A stretch of DNA of 64,000 bases from Candidatus Doudnabacteria bacterium (GTDB taxonomy: Bacteria; Patescibacteriota; Doudnabacteria; UBA920): the NCBI GenBank assembly GCA_963837465.1, contig CAWINB010000004.1:74853-138852 (forward strand), read 5' to 3'. The position numbers and the translations under genes were made by a program. The notes under the pieces are model-generated. The model searched no databases and was not told the origin of the DNA. It saw only the letters and a list, made by a program, of their open reading frames with translations. Each line of letters opens with the position of its first letter. Within the stretch, counting starts at the first letter, position 1. This document shows, piece after piece, positions 54,306 through 63,993 of this stretch.

Positions 54306-57152
54306 TTAAATGTCTAACCTATCCATCTCCCCCCAATTATTCCCGACCTTGGCTTCCACCCGCACGGGAACCGAAAGCTTTATGGCGTTTTCCATTAAGG
54401 GGATGAGTTTTTTGGCCCAAAATTCCACTTTATCTTCTTTAACCTCAAACACCAGTTCATCGTGAACCTGAAGAAGCATCCGGATTTCCTGACTTGTTAC
54501 CAGTAACTTGTCACTAGTCACTTGTTTGTGAATGTTAATCATCGCCACTTTAATAACGTCCGCCGCCAAACTCTGAATGGGAAAATTCACGGCGGCGCGT
54601 TCGGCCGCGGCGCGTATAAAAAATTGCGAGGATTTAATTTCCGGGAACTTGCGGACGCGGCCAAGCTCGTTACGCACAAACCCCTCCTGGTTAACCTGTA
54701 GCTTAACCTGCTCTATATATTGCTCCACGGCCGGGTAGGCTTCAAAATATTTTTTAATAAACTGCTTGGCATCGGCATTGCTGACTTCGCCAATACGCGA
54801 TGAAAGCCCAAACGATGAAAGTCCGTAAAGAATGCCGAAATTAATGGTTTTAGCGTCCCGGCGCATATCTTTGGTTATTTTGTCGGCAGGCACCCCAAAA
54901 ATTTCCATGGCTGTTTGGCTGTGAATATCTTCACCTTTTTTAAACACCTCCATCATCTTTTTATCTTTGGCCAAATGCGCCGCGACGCGCAGTTCAATTT
55001 GCGAATAGTCGATGGACAGCAATTTATAGCCTTTTTCCGCCACAAAAGCCTGCCTTACCTTGCTTCCCATCCCCTCACCTTTAACCGGAATGTTTTGCAG
55101 ATTCGGGTCTACCGAAGACAGCCTGCCCGTTGCCGCGATGGTCTGGTTATAGCTGGTATGGATGCGTCCGGTTTTTTTATTTACCAATTCCGGCAGGGCC
55201 AGCAAATAGGTGGATTGTAATTTGGACAGTTCGCGGTACTGCATAATTTTGGCAATGACCGGATGCTGGCCCAGCATTTTTTCCAGCTCGTCGGCGGCCG
55301 TGGAAAGTCCGCTCTTGTTTTTCTTGTTCATAACAGGCAACAGGCCCATTTTTTCAAACAAGACTTCCTTCATTTGCTTGGGTGAGTTTATATTAAACTC
55401 TTCCCCCGACAGCTTATAAATTTCACTTTCCAGTTCTTTAATGTCTATTTCCGCCTCGGCCGATAACCGGTTTAAAAACTTGGCATCCACCTTAATGCCA
55501 TTTTGTTCCATATTGGCCAAAACTTCTATAAGCGGAATTTCAATTTCGTTAAAAACTTTTTCCAAGCCCTCTTCCTTTAATTTTGGCGCAAATAATTCTT
55601 TGAGCCGCAAAGTCATGTCCACATCTTCACAGCAATACCAGGAAACTTTTGCGGGATCAACTTTATCCATGGTTATTTGCGTTTTGCCTTTGCCGATAAG
55701 CTCCTCTATTGGCTGCATTTGATAACCCAGCTCGTTAAAAGCCAGCGCTTCCAGGTTATGCTGGCGGGTACCGGCGTTTAATAAATACGACGCGATCATA
55801 GTATCAAAATAGAGAGGCGCCAGGTTACAGGTATTGGATTTAAGGGCCTCGAGGTCGAACTTAATGTTGTGGCCGGTTTTTTTTATTTTTTCATCGACCA
55901 GTAATTTTTTTAAGCTATGGGATGCCGATGCCAAAGCCGCGGACACATAATAAGCCTCGCCGGCTTTAGAACAAAGGCCTATGCCCACCAGTTCCGTATC
56001 CACCGATGTCAAACTTGTTGTTTCTGTGTCTATAACAATTTCTTTTTCTCGCGCTAATTTTTTTAAAGCCTTTTCCAGTTTTTCCTGGGTGTCTAAAAAT
56101 ATATAGTCCTGTTTGAATTTCCTATCGGAGACATTTTTTTCCAGTGGAGAGCTATCGTCACTAACCGCTAATCCCTCTTTATCCGCCGAAGCCTTGTCGA
56201 AGGCGGAACCCCTGTCAACTTGTCCCTGCCCCTTCGGCAACTTGCTCAGCAAACTCCTGAACTCCAATTCCTGGAAAAGTTTTACCGTAGTTTGCAAATG
56301 GGGCGCGTCCAAATCGTACTTTGGCACATTTATTTCCACAGGTACACTGCAATCTATTGTGGAAAGTTCAAAAGACATCCGTGCTTCTTTTTCCTGGGCC
56401 TTAAGCAATTCCAAAACCCGCGGCTTTATTTTAGCGCCGGTTTTTTCCGCGGTAATGGCTTCATACAAACCATCAAGTGATTTAAAATCTTTCACCAACT
56501 CGGAGGCGGTTTTTTCGCCAATACCTTTTACGCCCGGGATGTTATCGGACGGGTCGCCCCGCAGGGCTTTATAACTCACCATTTGGTCGGGATTCAAACC
56601 ATAGCGCGCCCTTACGGCCTTGGGGTCATAAACCATGGTATCGCTGATACCTTTGCGCATGGTGTAAATTTTTACGCAAGTCTCTACAAGCTGCAAAGTA
56701 TCCAAATCCCCGGTGACAATAAAAACTTCGCAGTCGTTTTTGCAATGCTCACAAATTTTTTTAGACAGCGTACCCAGCAGATCATCGGCCTCAAATCCTT
56801 CTTTTTCGTAAATAGAAATATTCAACCCGCGCACCACTTCCTTAACCCGGGGGATTTGGTCGTAAAGCTCCTGGTCACTTTTGACCCGGTGCGCCTTATA
56901 CTGGTCATAAGCCAAATGCCTAAAAGTGGGTCCTTTTAAATCAAAAGTACAGGCAATGTGGGTAGGCTTAATATCCTTTATGGCCTTAAGTAATATTAAA
57001 GTAAAACCATATACTGCGTTGGTTTGTTCGCCGCTCTTGGTATTTAAAACCGGGATGGCATGATAACCGCGGTGAATAAGCGCGTTGCCGTCTATGAGCA
57101 TGTAGCGTGATTTTGATGATGTTGGCATAAAGCTATTATAAACCATCGGCAC
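54306..57152 (-). CDS. polA: DNA polymerase I (5'-3' exo, 3'-5' exo and polymerase domains; GTG start)
   Basis: 948 aa with the Pol A family motif 'DYSQIELRVAAHLAKD'. Confidence 0.95.
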   Translation of the reverse strand: MPMVYNSFMPTSSKSRYMLIDGNALIHRGYHAIPVLNTKSGEQTNAVYGFTLILLKAIKDIKPTHIACTFDLKGPTFRHLAYDQYKAHRVKSDQELYDQIPRVKEVVRGLNISIYEKEGFEADDLLGTLSKKICEHCKNDCEVFIVTGDLDTLQLVETCVKIYTMRKGISDTMVYDPKAVRARYGLNPDQMVSYKALRGDPSDNIPGVKGIGEKTASELVKDFKSLDGLYEAITAEKTGAKIKPRVLELLKAQEKEARMSFELSTIDCSVPVEINVPKYDLDAPHLQTTVKLFQELEFRSLLSKLPKGQGQVDRGSAFDKASADKEGLAVSDDSSPLEKNVSDRKFKQDYIFLDTQEKLEKALKKLAREKEIVIDTETTSLTSVDTELVGIGLCSKAGEAYYVSAALASASHSLKKLLVDEKIKKTGHNIKFDLEALKSNTCNLAPLYFDTMIASYLLNAGTRQHNLEALAFNELGYQMQPIEELIGKGKTQITMDKVDPAKVSWYCCEDVDMTLRLKELFAPKLKEEGLEKVFNEIEIPLIEVLANMEQNGIKVDAKFLNRLSAEAEIDIKELESEIYKLSGEEFNINSPKQMKEVLFEKMGLLPVMNKKNKSGLSTAADELEKMLGQHPVIAKIMQYRELSKLQSTYLLALPELVNKKTGRIHTSYNQTIAATGRLSSVDPNLQNIPVKGEGMGSKVRQAFVAEKGYKLLSIDYSQIELRVAAHLAKDKKMMEVFKKGEDIHSQTAMEIFGVPADKITKDMRRDAKTINFGILYGLSSFGLSSRIGEVSNADAKQFIKKYFEAYPAVEQYIEQVKLQVNQEGFVRNELGRVRKFPEIKSSQFFIRAAAERAAVNFPIQSLAADVIKVAMINIHKQVTSDKLLVTSQEIRMLLQVHDELVFEVKEDKVEFWAKKLIPLMENAIKLSVPVRVEAKVGNNWGEMDRLDI

Positions 57153-57156
57153 CCTA

Positions 57157-57203
57157 TAAAAAAGGGCGCCCCTTTGCGAGGGGCGCCCTGTTAAATATTT
57201 TTT
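57157..57203. terminator. bidirectional terminator A6-GGGCGCCCC-tttgcga-GGGGCGCCC-T-run between polA and the upstream gene
   Basis: Perfect 9-bp GC stem. Confidence 0.7.
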
Positions 57204-57211
57204 GGGTTTGG

Positions 57212-58150
57212 CTAATTTTGCTGGCCGGATGGCGGAGGCGGCGGTCTTTGGCCGGGCATTTGCGGCGGAGTGGAGCTGGGAGTGGTGGATGAATTCATTA
57301 TCATATAAGGAAAATGGCCGCGCGGCATATGCATTAAGCCGGGCGGGCTGCTGCTGGCTTGTCCGGCGCCGGAAAGCATAGGAGGCCGGCAGGAAGTTGG
57401 GGAACAGGACACAGCGCCGTTATCTTCTTTTATGCAAAATCCCGGCATAAAAAGTCCTGATGATGTGGAAGAAGCGGTCGTTGTTGAGTTTGGAGATGAA
57501 GGGGGAGTTTGCGGCTGTAAGCAGGGTGTGCCGGAACTGCCGCCTTCGGATCCGCCGGCCTTTTTGGTCTTAAGCGCGAATTCCGCCGCGGCTGTATTGT
57601 TGCCGCTGGCATCTGTTACCCACAAAGTGACGTGGTAAAGCATAGAGGGTTTCAGTATAGAGCCGGTTTGGACAGTGCCGGTAGCGCTGGTTAAGCCGCT
57701 TGCCAGGACATAAGTGCCTATGGTAATGCTGCCTGTGCCGCTTAATCCTCCTGAAACCGAATAAGAGATATTGTAGTTCCAGCGGCCCAAAGTGCTGTCG
57801 TAACTTACGGCCTTGGCGGAAATTTTAGCGGTTGGCACGGCGTTAGTGGCTTCCAGGGATGAATCGTCAACAGTTGTTTGGCTGACAACCGATATGGAAT
57901 CGCCCAAAACCTGGGTTTTGGCCGGCATACGCATAGCAACATAGGGACTCGGGTCGACCGCCGAGCTTACTTCCGGATAAGCCAAAGCGGCCATACTGAC
58001 TGTGGATCCGGCCGCGAACAATACAAAGGCAAAAGCAACGGCCGGGCTCATTGGACTTAAAAAAATTGCCTTGCTCCAGGCCACCAAAGACGATTGCGCC
58101 GCCGGCTGCCCAGGCTTTGTCCAGCCTTTCCTGTAGGTGTATGGGTTCAT
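57212..58150 (-). CDS. hypothetical membrane-anchored surface protein with Pro-rich C-terminus
   Basis: N-terminal TM segment; Ser/Thr/Gly-rich; C-terminal 'QRPPPPPSGQQN'. Confidence 0.5.
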   Translation of the reverse strand: MNPYTYRKGWTKPGQPAAQSSLVAWSKAIFLSPMSPAVAFAFVLFAAGSTVSMAALAYPEVSSAVDPSPYVAMRMPAKTQVLGDSISVVSQTTVDDSSLEATNAVPTAKISAKAVSYDSTLGRWNYNISYSVSGGLSGTGSITIGTYVLASGLTSATGTVQTGSILKPSMLYHVTLWVTDASGNNTAAAEFALKTKKAGGSEGGSSGTPCLQPQTPPSSPNSTTTASSTSSGLFMPGFCIKEDNGAVSCSPTSCRPPMLSGAGQASSSPPGLMHMPRGHFPYMIMNSSTTPSSTPPQMPGQRPPPPPSGQQN

Positions 58151-58471
58151 ATTTTTGTTTTCTGATGCAAAAATCTGGGATTTGCCTGATTTTGGACAAA
58201 GCCTGACTCTACTACATCAATAATTAATTTTTATTTTTGTTTCTATATACTCGCGCTAATTTTGGCACGAATATTATTTTTTGGAACTAGTAAATGCATT
58301 ATAGCAGATAATAAGATTTCTGTCAAAACTTTTAAAATATGCAAAATAAAAAACCGCGCCGCACATCATATCCTCAGATACAATGGCGCACGCGGTTCTC
58401 GCAGGCTCTTTGGTACGGTAGCCTACCGCCAACCCACCGCAATGTGCGGAGATCGGAGAGAAGAAATTAGA

Positions 58472-59494
58472 CTAGTGGGGAATGGAGACGTTCGCGCTTG
58501 GAAGACTCGGTAACTCGACGATGCTCTGCGCACTATAGACCACATCATCGTACGCAACCCCTGAAGGCGAAAATACCATAACTCGAAACGTAGTTGGCTG
58601 ACGAACGCTAGACAACGGATACGGAACGCGCTGAGTGAACTGCTGGAGAATGGGCTGACCTACCGGCGCCGCCAAAATTGGCCAGAAGCCTGGGATACCG
58701 ATGCTATTAAAAGCTGCCGTTACATTGTTTCCATTGACCAGCCAAGTAAATGATACTTCCGACTGCGCCAACGTCGATGACACACCGGCGATCAGCTGGA
58801 CATTTGTCGGTTGACCAGGGATATTATAAAGAATAGTACCTGTCGCCGGGGACAAGCTAACGCTAAGCGTAGACGGAACAGTCGCGTAACCCGACGACGG
58901 GAAAAAATCCGTCGAGTCGCCATTTATGTTGGTATATAGGTACAGAGCTACCTGCGCCGGCTGACCTTCATTGCCGATGTCCGCGTTATTGAACGAGAAA
59001 GCGAAGCTGGTCCCGTCGAACTGGAAATCATCAGCGTTTAAACTATTTTGGGTGCCAGGAGTGAGGGTCGCACCGAACTGCGTCACAGAAATCAGCGCGC
59101 TGTATGGATCGAAGCTCCGACTTTGGTTCGAAGGCAACGTAATGGTAAAGTTGCCGTTTACCTTTATGCCGCCGGAGTCAAGCAAGTGAATATAGGCGCC
59201 GGTCCTCAATGGGTCTGTGACTTGAAGCCGGAAAGCCGTTTTTAGGCCATTGCTCTGGGCGCAGAATGATATCAACCTTCCGGGAGGTACGGCCACCGTG
59301 ACCGGACCGGTTGACACTGGTGCTGTTGTACTCTGGGGAGTAATACAAACCGGCATCGGATCTGCGACCTCAAAGATGCCAGCGTCTGCTGCCATGGCTT
59401 TCAGGGGCCGAGTCGTCTGGGCTGTAACGGCGACTGGAAAAAATAGCGCCGCGGAAACGAGAAAGAGAAAACGCGTCATGTTGTGATACTCCAA
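58472..59494 (-). CDS. hypothetical secreted beta-rich protein
   Basis: Signal peptide 'MTRFLFLVSAALFFPVAVTAQT'. Confidence 0.5.
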   Translation of the reverse strand: MEYHNMTRFLFLVSAALFFPVAVTAQTTRPLKAMAADAGIFEVADPMPVCITPQSTTAPVSTGPVTVAVPPGRLISFCAQSNGLKTAFRLQVTDPLRTGAYIHLLDSGGIKVNGNFTITLPSNQSRSFDPYSALISVTQFGATLTPGTQNSLNADDFQFDGTSFAFSFNNADIGNEGQPAQVALYLYTNINGDSTDFFPSSGYATVPSTLSVSLSPATGTILYNIPGQPTNVQLIAGVSSTLAQSEVSFTWLVNGNNVTAAFNSIGIPGFWPILAAPVGQPILQQFTQRVPYPLSSVRQPTTFRVMVFSPSGVAYDDVVYSAQSIVELPSLPSANVSIPH

Positions 59495-59988
59495 TCTACT
59501 TTGAGATAACTACATCACCAAGAAGCCCTGCAGGGTAACTCCTTGGGCGGGGACAAAAATGAAACTTTCATTTCTAACTTCGCCCAAGGAATCCAAATTT
59601 TCTTCTCTTAAAATCCTCCTACGGATTTATTTAAAGAACAAAAAAGTAATCGGCACGGTTTGTGCAGATTAACTCAAAATTGTACCTTATTTTAGGGAGT
59701 TTGTCAATATCAAAATTATTAAAACCGCATATTTATGCGGAATTAGAGGATGGAGATTACAAATTTATTGCTGATATACTGATAGGAACACTTATTTTAT
59801 GATATATTTACAATTCTCTTGAATTTAACACCTTCACGACCAAAGTGAACCAACAAGCCAAGTTGGAGGTTTAAGGCTTTTAAATAATTTAAAGTTTGCT
59901 GTATGTGGTTCCTGGAAACGCGTAAATGAGATCAATAGTGTTTTTTGTTTCCATCCGTATATCAGTAACAAATTAGTAATCCCTATCC

Positions 59989-60828
59989 TTATTTAAACTG
60001 TTTGTTATTTTTAAGTACAAAACGCCGGCCGGGCAGGTAATTACTTTTGGATACTACGCTCCTGCCGGTTTCTTTTTCTGTTTCTTTTCTGGCTTTGCCG
60101 GCTACGCTGCCGCCTCTTTGGGCTACTTTTTTGTTGTTTAAAAATGTTGTCGGTTTTTCTATTTGGGAAATTTCGGTTGTGACCCGTTCGCCAAGCATAG
60201 TAAATATAAGCTCCAGGTCGGTCATATGGTCCGCAAATTTTCCTGTTTCAGATCTTTAAGTTTTTTGTATTGGCCCGGAGTCATTCCAAAAGTCGCTTTG
60301 GAAATTTCCGCGGTCAGGATTTCATAGTTTTTTTGTTCGCTCACGCCTCTGTTTTTCCATTCGTCGGTCAGCTCCTCCCTAATGGCAATGCCACGCATTC
60401 GCTTTTCTATCCAACCGTCGGGATAACCTTTAAGTTTATAAAGCATCCCGCGTCCTTTTTGTGGCCAGTTCGGGATCTTCTATTTCCTGCACCCGCTCAT
60501 AGCCAACTTTGGCCAGCCATCGCTTAAACGGCTCGGCCTTGGGAGATGGAATGGACTGGACTATACGAAAAATGCCTTCTGTATTGGCGCAGTCGGTTTC
60601 GCGCATTTTTCCATCCGGGGCTTGTAACTTCAACCATCGACAAATTGTCGATAGTTCAAGGCCGTCTTCCGTTTTAACCCTGACTTTCATTTTATACCAA
60701 TAATCATTGGCGTTTAAGCTGTCAGTAAGAGCCGCGATAACATCCACAACCGAAAACCACCAGTCATTTTGGTGTATGACTTTTCTTATTTCCTTACCTT
60801 TAAACAAGGCGATTGCTGTTGTTTCCAT
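59989..60828 (-). pseudogene. dinD-like (DNA-damage-inducible protein D; Bro-N/KilA-N-type N-terminus) gene split by two frameshifts into ORFs 60828-60436, 60446-60222 and 60225-59989
   Basis: Consecutive fragments align along E. coli DinD ('...WFSVVDVIAAL...', '...AEPFKRWLAKV...', '...MTDLELIFTMLGERVTTEI...'). Overlaps of 11 and 4 nt indicate frame changes. Confidence 0.55.
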
Positions 60829-60852
60829 AATTCTAAAGTTAATCTTTTTATT

Positions 60853-60881
60853 ATAGTAAACAAACGTTCACCTTTTGTCAA
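60853..60881 (-). promoter_or_regulatory. promoter-operator module copy 4: TTGACA-aaag-GTGAAC-gttt-GTTTAC-TAT, about 25 nt upstream of the dinD-like ATG
   Basis: Same 29-bp architecture as the other copies. Confidence 0.6.
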
Positions 60882-60942
60882 TGCGGAAAGCTCTTTTACA
60901 ATTTGACGGGCAATTGTCAATTGTTAAAAGCTAATTGTTGTC

Positions 60943-62661
60943 CTACCCCTCCCCTGCCACCCTAAACACCTCCTCAACATCCGTAACCCCCTCCAAAGCT
61001 TTTAACAGGCCGTCCTGGGTCATGGTTATCATTCCCTGGGAGACGGCGATTTTTTTGAATTCGGCCATGGAGGTGTTTTCGGCCAGTATCAGTTTTTGCA
61101 CGGCTTCGGTGTTTTCCAGGACTTCGTAAATGCCAACACGGCCCTGGTAGCCGAGATGCCTGCATTGGTCGCAGCCGGAAGCGTGGTAAAACTGCAAATC
61201 TTTGGGTAGTTTAACTCCGGCATCGGCAGGGATTTGTTTTAAAATATACTGGATTTTTTCCATAACTCCGGGCGCAAGCAGAGCCGGTTTTTTGCAAGTC
61301 TGGCACAGGCGGCGCACCAGGCGCTGGGCCAAAACAGCGGAAAGCGCCGGCGCCACCACAAAAGCTTTAATGCCCATATTCAGCAAACGCGGAATCGCCC
61401 CGGCGGCATCGTTGGTATGCAGAGTAGAAAAAACCATATGTCCGGTCAGCGCCGCCTGCATAGCCACTTCTGCGGTTTCCTGGTCGCGGATTTCACCGAC
61501 CATCACAATATCCGGGTCCTGCCGCAAAATAGCGCGCAAACCCTTGGCAAAATCAAAATCCACGTTGTGGTCTATGGGAGTTTGCACAATCCCCTCCAGC
61601 TTGTATTCCACCGGATCTTCCAAAGTAATAATTTTTACGCCTGGCTCGTTAAGCTGGTTTAAAAAAGCGTACAGGCTGGTGGTTTTGCCGCTGCCGGTGG
61701 GGCCGGTGGTAATAATCATACCGTTGGGCTTTTGCAATTGCCGCTCCAATACGCTTAAAGCCTGGTCGGAAAAACCCAAATCTTTTAATTTTAAACTGGT
61801 GGCGCCCGTGCCCAAAAGCCGCATAACAATTTCTTCGCCGTAAGCGCTTGGCAGGGTGGAAACACGCACGTCTATGGCTTTGCCCAAATAGTGGAAAGTA
61901 ATGCGCCCGTCCTGCGGGATGTTGTCAACATTTAGCTTAAGCTTGGATAAAATTTTAATGCGGGTCACAATCGTGCGCTGCAAATCTTTGCTGATATGCA
62001 GCATGTCCTGCAGCACGCCGTCCACCCGGAAACGCAATTTCACGAAATGATCTTCCGGTTCAATATGGATGTCGGAAGATTTATAAAACATGCCCGCGCC
62101 AAAAATAATTTCCAGAAGCCCGCTGCCGTTTATCTTTTTTTGCTCGTCTTCGGACTTAAGCAAATCCAGCAGCTTGCCGTAATCTTCCTGCTTTTCCACG
62201 CGCACGGACTCGTCGGCGAGTATTTTGGGCCGCGCAACCTTACTGTAAAATTTTAAGGTCTGCTGCAGGCTTTTTTGGGAAATAAAATACAGGGTGACTT
62301 TATTTTTTTTGGACAGTTCCGCGACTTTTTCCAAAAGCAACGGATGGCGCGGCTGGGTCACGCCAACGCGCAGGTCGTTCAGCTCCTTGTAAAAAGGTAC
62401 GGCGCCCATTTCTTTGGCCTCATCCTCGGTAAAAATGCCGAGCACGCTCAAATCCACGGGAAAATGATGCAGGTCAATGTAAGGCAAGCCCAGACTGCCC
62501 GCCTTTCCTTGGGTTTCTTCTTCCTGCATTTTGCGGTTTAGGTCGTCCAGGCTTTCCTGCAGCTGCTGGGGAGTGCCGGATAAAAATCTGTCGCTCATTT
62601 TTTTTGTTTCAGAAACTTTTAATTTCGTTTTTCTATTATAACATCGGCTATAAAAAAGCAA
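60943..62661 (-). CDS. pilB: type IV pilus assembly / type II secretion ATPase (PilB/GspE family)
   Basis: Walker A 'GPTGSGKTTSLYA', 'VGEIRDQETAEVAMQAALTGHMVFSTLHTND', C-terminal Zn-binding CxxC...CxxC. Confidence 0.85.
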   Translation of the reverse strand: MLFYSRCYNRKTKLKVSETKKMSDRFLSGTPQQLQESLDDLNRKMQEEETQGKAGSLGLPYIDLHHFPVDLSVLGIFTEDEAKEMGAVPFYKELNDLRVGVTQPRHPLLLEKVAELSKKNKVTLYFISQKSLQQTLKFYSKVARPKILADESVRVEKQEDYGKLLDLLKSEDEQKKINGSGLLEIIFGAGMFYKSSDIHIEPEDHFVKLRFRVDGVLQDMLHISKDLQRTIVTRIKILSKLKLNVDNIPQDGRITFHYLGKAIDVRVSTLPSAYGEEIVMRLLGTGATSLKLKDLGFSDQALSVLERQLQKPNGMIITTGPTGSGKTTSLYAFLNQLNEPGVKIITLEDPVEYKLEGIVQTPIDHNVDFDFAKGLRAILRQDPDIVMVGEIRDQETAEVAMQAALTGHMVFSTLHTNDAAGAIPRLLNMGIKAFVVAPALSAVLAQRLVRRLCQTCKKPALLAPGVMEKIQYILKQIPADAGVKLPKDLQFYHASGCDQCRHLGYQGRVGIYEVLENTEAVQKLILAENTSMAEFKKIAVSQGMITMTQDGLLKALEGVTDVEEVFRVAGEG

Positions 62662-62710
62662 AAGCGGGCGATTAGCCCATCAGTGCGTCAGATAATCAGC
62701 TGGCTGCTGT

Positions 62711-63877
62711 TTACTGACTACTGATTAACAGCCCACTTTCCAAGCTCTTCAAAAAACGCTGCTGCAGCGCTTCCAGGGTTTGGCCGTCAAAATCCTGTTC
62801 AACAACCCTGTGGCGGCCGAAAGATATATCTAAAACTTTGGCTTCCGGCCCAAGAGCTGACAAAAAACCTTCCAGCGGCAAAGACTCATGGATGGCGACC
62901 AGCAGTTTGGCCGAAGATTTATCCGGCTGGGCCAAAAGCGCTATTAACCTATAGCCGCTGACGCTGTCCACAAACTCCTTTAAGGCCGGCAGCAAGTCCA
63001 GCGGCGAACTTTGGGCTTTTTCAAAATCAGCCGGAGCCAGGGCCGAGTAAATAATTTTAGCGTCTTCCAGAATTGTCATGCGCGCCAGGGCCCGGCCCCA
63101 GAGCTTGAGCAGGGACAACGGCTTGGTTTTGTAAATATTTTTTATAATTTCCTGCTGCCTGCCGCCCAATGCCACCAGTTCGCTGGCCTTGAGGAAACTT
63201 TTGGGCGTGGTTTGGGCGTGCTGGAAGCTGGAAGTTTTTTCTATAATGCCGGTTAAAAGGCAGGTGGCAATATCCTGGTCGATGACCTGGGATTCATAAT
63301 TTAAAAACAGTTCGGCCAAAATTTCCGAAACCGAAGTGGCCGTAACATCCACTAAATTTACGGCGCCGAAATAATCATTGCCTGCCTGGTTATCTATATT
63401 AATTTTCGGGGTTTCAAAAAACAGGTCGGTATTCTGTTCATAAAGCAATCCCGATTCTTCGGGCGATTTCAGCCCCAGGCAAAAAATAAGGTCCAGCGGA
63501 AATTTCTCCTGCGCGAACTTTAAGTCGCTTTCCGTAAACTGCCGGTCTTTGGCCTTGAGATAAATATCAACCCTGTTGTCCTGCTTTTGATAACTGACCT
63601 CGGCCAGTTCTTTATCCCTGGTGTCCACGGTTATAACCAAACTTTTGCCGGCGTCCAGTTGCGGCCTGACCGCTTCCCAGCCCGGCAAAAATTTAAGATT
63701 TTCCGGCACAGGCCCGCTGCCGGCCAAAGAAACGTCTTTTTCCAGTTTGGTTAAAAACAGCCTCAGCGCCAAAGCCGAAGCCAGGGCATTGGCCGTAACC
63801 TGAGCAGGCAGGCTGATAAGGATTTTTTGGCTCTTCTTTATTTGTTCAAAAATTTGTTCTTGTACGGATAGTTCCAT
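62711..63877 (-). CDS. DHH/DHHA1-superfamily NrnA-like protein with degenerate catalytic motifs
   Basis: Architecture and 'NIDNQAGNDYFGAVNLVDVTATSVSEILAELF' resemble NrnA, but the DHH motif is replaced (DNQ) and the N-terminal DxD is absent. Confidence 0.4.
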   Translation of the reverse strand: MELSVQEQIFEQIKKSQKILISLPAQVTANALASALALRLFLTKLEKDVSLAGSGPVPENLKFLPGWEAVRPQLDAGKSLVITVDTRDKELAEVSYQKQDNRVDIYLKAKDRQFTESDLKFAQEKFPLDLIFCLGLKSPEESGLLYEQNTDLFFETPKINIDNQAGNDYFGAVNLVDVTATSVSEILAELFLNYESQVIDQDIATCLLTGIIEKTSSFQHAQTTPKSFLKASELVALGGRQQEIIKNIYKTKPLSLLKLWGRALARMTILEDAKIIYSALAPADFEKAQSSPLDLLPALKEFVDSVSGYRLIALLAQPDKSSAKLLVAIHESLPLEGFLSALGPEAKVLDISFGRHRVVEQDFDGQTLEALQQRFLKSLESGLLISSQ

Positions 63878-63928
63878 ATAAAATTAAACCGGCGAAACGT
63901 CAGAGATTCCGCGCTTGGCCGCTAACGA

Positions 63929-63993
63929 GGCATTTTTTGAGGATGTTTGGAGACGTAGTTTACCTACGGCGATAAACACCGGAAAAAAATAAC
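63929..63993. repeat. 65-nt element copy 2, upstream of the nrnA-like gene (hairpin CGTAG-tttac-CTACG)
   Basis: First 25 nt and last 14 nt identical to 14636-14700; the hairpin has compensatory substitutions. Confidence 0.6.
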
